A stretch of DNA of 64,000 nt from Eledone cirrhosa (taxonomy: Eukaryota), in assembly GCA_964016885.1 (NCBI GenBank), contig OZ024748.1, forward strand, positions 15,562,001 through 15,626,000, given 5' to 3'. The notes below the pieces were generated by a model. The model saw only the letters and a list, made by a program, of their open reading frames with translations. It made no database searches and was not told the origin of the DNA. Shown piece by piece: positions 61,750-64,000 of the stretch. The translations under genes were made by a program, and so were the position numbers. Within the stretch, counting starts at the first letter, position 1. Every line of letters begins with the position of its first letter.

Positions 61750-62118
61750 AAATATTTCTACTTTAGGCACAAGGCCTGTAATTACTCCAGTACATTTTAG
61801 GGTTAGGGCAAAGTCGAGTGAATCGACCCCAGTGCATTACTGGTACATTATGTTATCGATCCCGTAAGGATGAAAGGCAAAGCTAACTTTGGTCGGATTG
61901 AACTCTTAAAGGGCCATAACTCTATACTGCAAAGCATATTGTCTGACAATTTAACTATACTGCCAATCCCTCCCCACAAAAAAAAGAAAAATTGTTGGCC
62001 TTGTGCCTAAATCAGAAACCATTATTAAGGCATTGGATTGGCAGTATCGATAAAATAAAGTACCGGTAATGTACTGGAATAAGTGTTGGCCTTGTGCCAA
62101 AAGTAGAAACAATTATTA
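61750..62118. mobile_element. Adjacent tRNA-derived SINE copies in opposite orientations
   Basis: Minus copy at 61750-61975; plus-strand tail fragments at 61990-62118. Confidence 0.7.
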
Positions 62119-63077
62119 AAACACTTATATAAATATAACTTTGATTTTAACAAGTTTTCATAGACTATACAGTAGAATGTGCAATAGAATCTACAGCCAT
62201 TGTTGAATTACAGCAGATATTCCTGACAAACTATAGATGAAACCATATAATGAAACTGATTAGATGAATTGTGTTTTGTTCAGAGATCTTAATATATATA
62301 ATTCATATAATAACGATGGCATAAAATCCATATCAATATGAAATGATATATCTTTAATTACAATTTATTTATTTATTTATCTTTGATTTATTTCTAATCT
62401 GTTCATCAATATATTGTGGAGGTGATGGGATAGGGTAGTTCTCGCTGAATTTTGGATAAACATTTTGATTCGAAGAAGAAAATACAGTCAAAAGTAAAGA
62501 TTGGATTAAAGAAATGGTGAATATGGTGAATGTGAAATTTAAACTACAGTTAAGTGGTGGTGAAATGGACGAGGTAGTGAAATGTTAAAATATGATTTGT
62601 TCAGGTTCAATCCACATTCAGGTCCAAATACCACAGGTAAGATTAAATTTGATAATTTCAATTTACAGTTTGGTAAACTGACAAACCTAGGTTTTGACAC
62701 TTCCTGCTATTACAGCATTAAGAAGATTACTAAGCCTGCATTTTCTACTGCACAGTCCACACTACACACTAACATACACCAAATCATCTGACAAGTCATA
62801 ACATCATATAATCCTCTCTGCTACTTTGGATATTTCCACAATGCTGCCACATGACAAATGTGTTTAGCAACAACAGGGAAAGTGAATGTATGATGATGAT
62901 GATGATGGTGATGATGACAATAAAGTGCTCTATATATATATATATAACTTACTTATACAAATTTGTATAAAACTATGATCCATTAAGGTTCTGTAATGTA
63001 CGTCTCTGAAGTATGCACCCTAGGTGGCTGCCTAGTTGGCCTTAATGGTAGCACCAGCCCTGCATAGAACTGATCTT

Positions 63078-63293
63078 TTAACTTTTTAACATTTACATTA
63101 CTCTATATTTACTATCATATTTTGAGGATAAAGACTTTACCTCACATATTTATCTCACATAATATCGAATCTATGAGATTTTGATATATATTTTGAAAAC
63201 AATACCTTAACATCAGTATAATAAGCCGATTACAGTCGGTTTGAACAGAAAGAGTTGAGAGAATTCTGGTCAGTTTAAATGCTAAAGGGTTAA
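63078..63293 (+). mobile_element. TTAA-flanked MITE, copy 5
   Basis: Same internal sequence; ends TAAATGCTAAAGGG-TTAA. Confidence 0.75.
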
Positions 63294-64000
63294 GGTTCAG
63301 TAATTCACTTCTCTTATGTCTATGCTCGAGGTGGTTGCCTAGTTGACTTTCATAGCAGCACCATGGCTTGGTGTGCTTGTACTAAACTGGATACCAAAAA
63401 TGACAAATGAAATATACACTGATGTAAGAAGAAGAAATTAAGATGAAATGAAAAATTCCAGTGAAAGGAGAATTTGAAGGTAAACTTATGTAAGAGATTA
63501 CAACATGATGCAGACATGTCTTAGAGGAGACAAGATTGTTGTGGTTAAAAATAGTTGAAACTCTGGAATAGCTTTCAATGTTATATGCCGTGAGGAAGGA
63601 GAGAAATCTAACATGACAGACACTTGTCTTGCTTCAGATAGAAAGAGAAAATATAAAGGCTTTTTACATCATGATGAGGATGATGATGGTGAGCATGATG
63701 ATGATGATCATCATTAGGTATTATCTGTTCTCAGCAGGTCAAATACCAAGTATCAACTATCTCAAATTTTCCTTTTCTTTGTTTTGTCTTTTTCATCCTC
63801 ATTATCTGTCTTTGTCTTCCACTTCTTCGTCTTCTCTCTTCATTGTTGACTTCTTCCTCATCTTTTTTTCTTCATCTTATTTGTCTTTGTCTTCGTCTGT
63901 TTTCTTCCCATTCATTTTGCCTTCTCTACCTATAGACTCCTTAAATATTGGTGATTAAAATGTTCATCTCAAACTCATGTAGTACTGGGTTCAATCCTGT

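Overview
This is AT-rich, repeat-dominated eukaryotic (animal) DNA with no host gene I can support. The repeat repertoire looks like a cephalopod/octopus genome, which is an inference: huge (TA)n/(TACA)n microsatellites, RTE LINEs with (GAT)n tails, tRNA-headed SINEs and TTAA-flanked MITEs. Nearly all long ORFs in the track are translated microsatellites. Real coding remnants are all retroelements: RTE LINEs of several families (one with a C4HC3 PHD-like finger inside the RT region), a Neptune-type Penelope-like element (RT + GIY-YIG) lacking its catalytic RT core, an L1/Tx1 3' end and CR1-type fragments. The main unannotated signal is an RNA one. There are about eight hammerhead ribozyme (HHR) motifs from several unrelated sequence families, mostly in short non-coding modules set in (TA)n. 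They include a complete type I HHR at 4590-4670 with a long loop II complementary to its own 5' flank, minimal HHRs in Penelope pseudo-LTRs and a palindromic HHR pair. A separate fold-back family carries only the 3' half of an HHR. All structures were paired by eye and none is experimentally tested.
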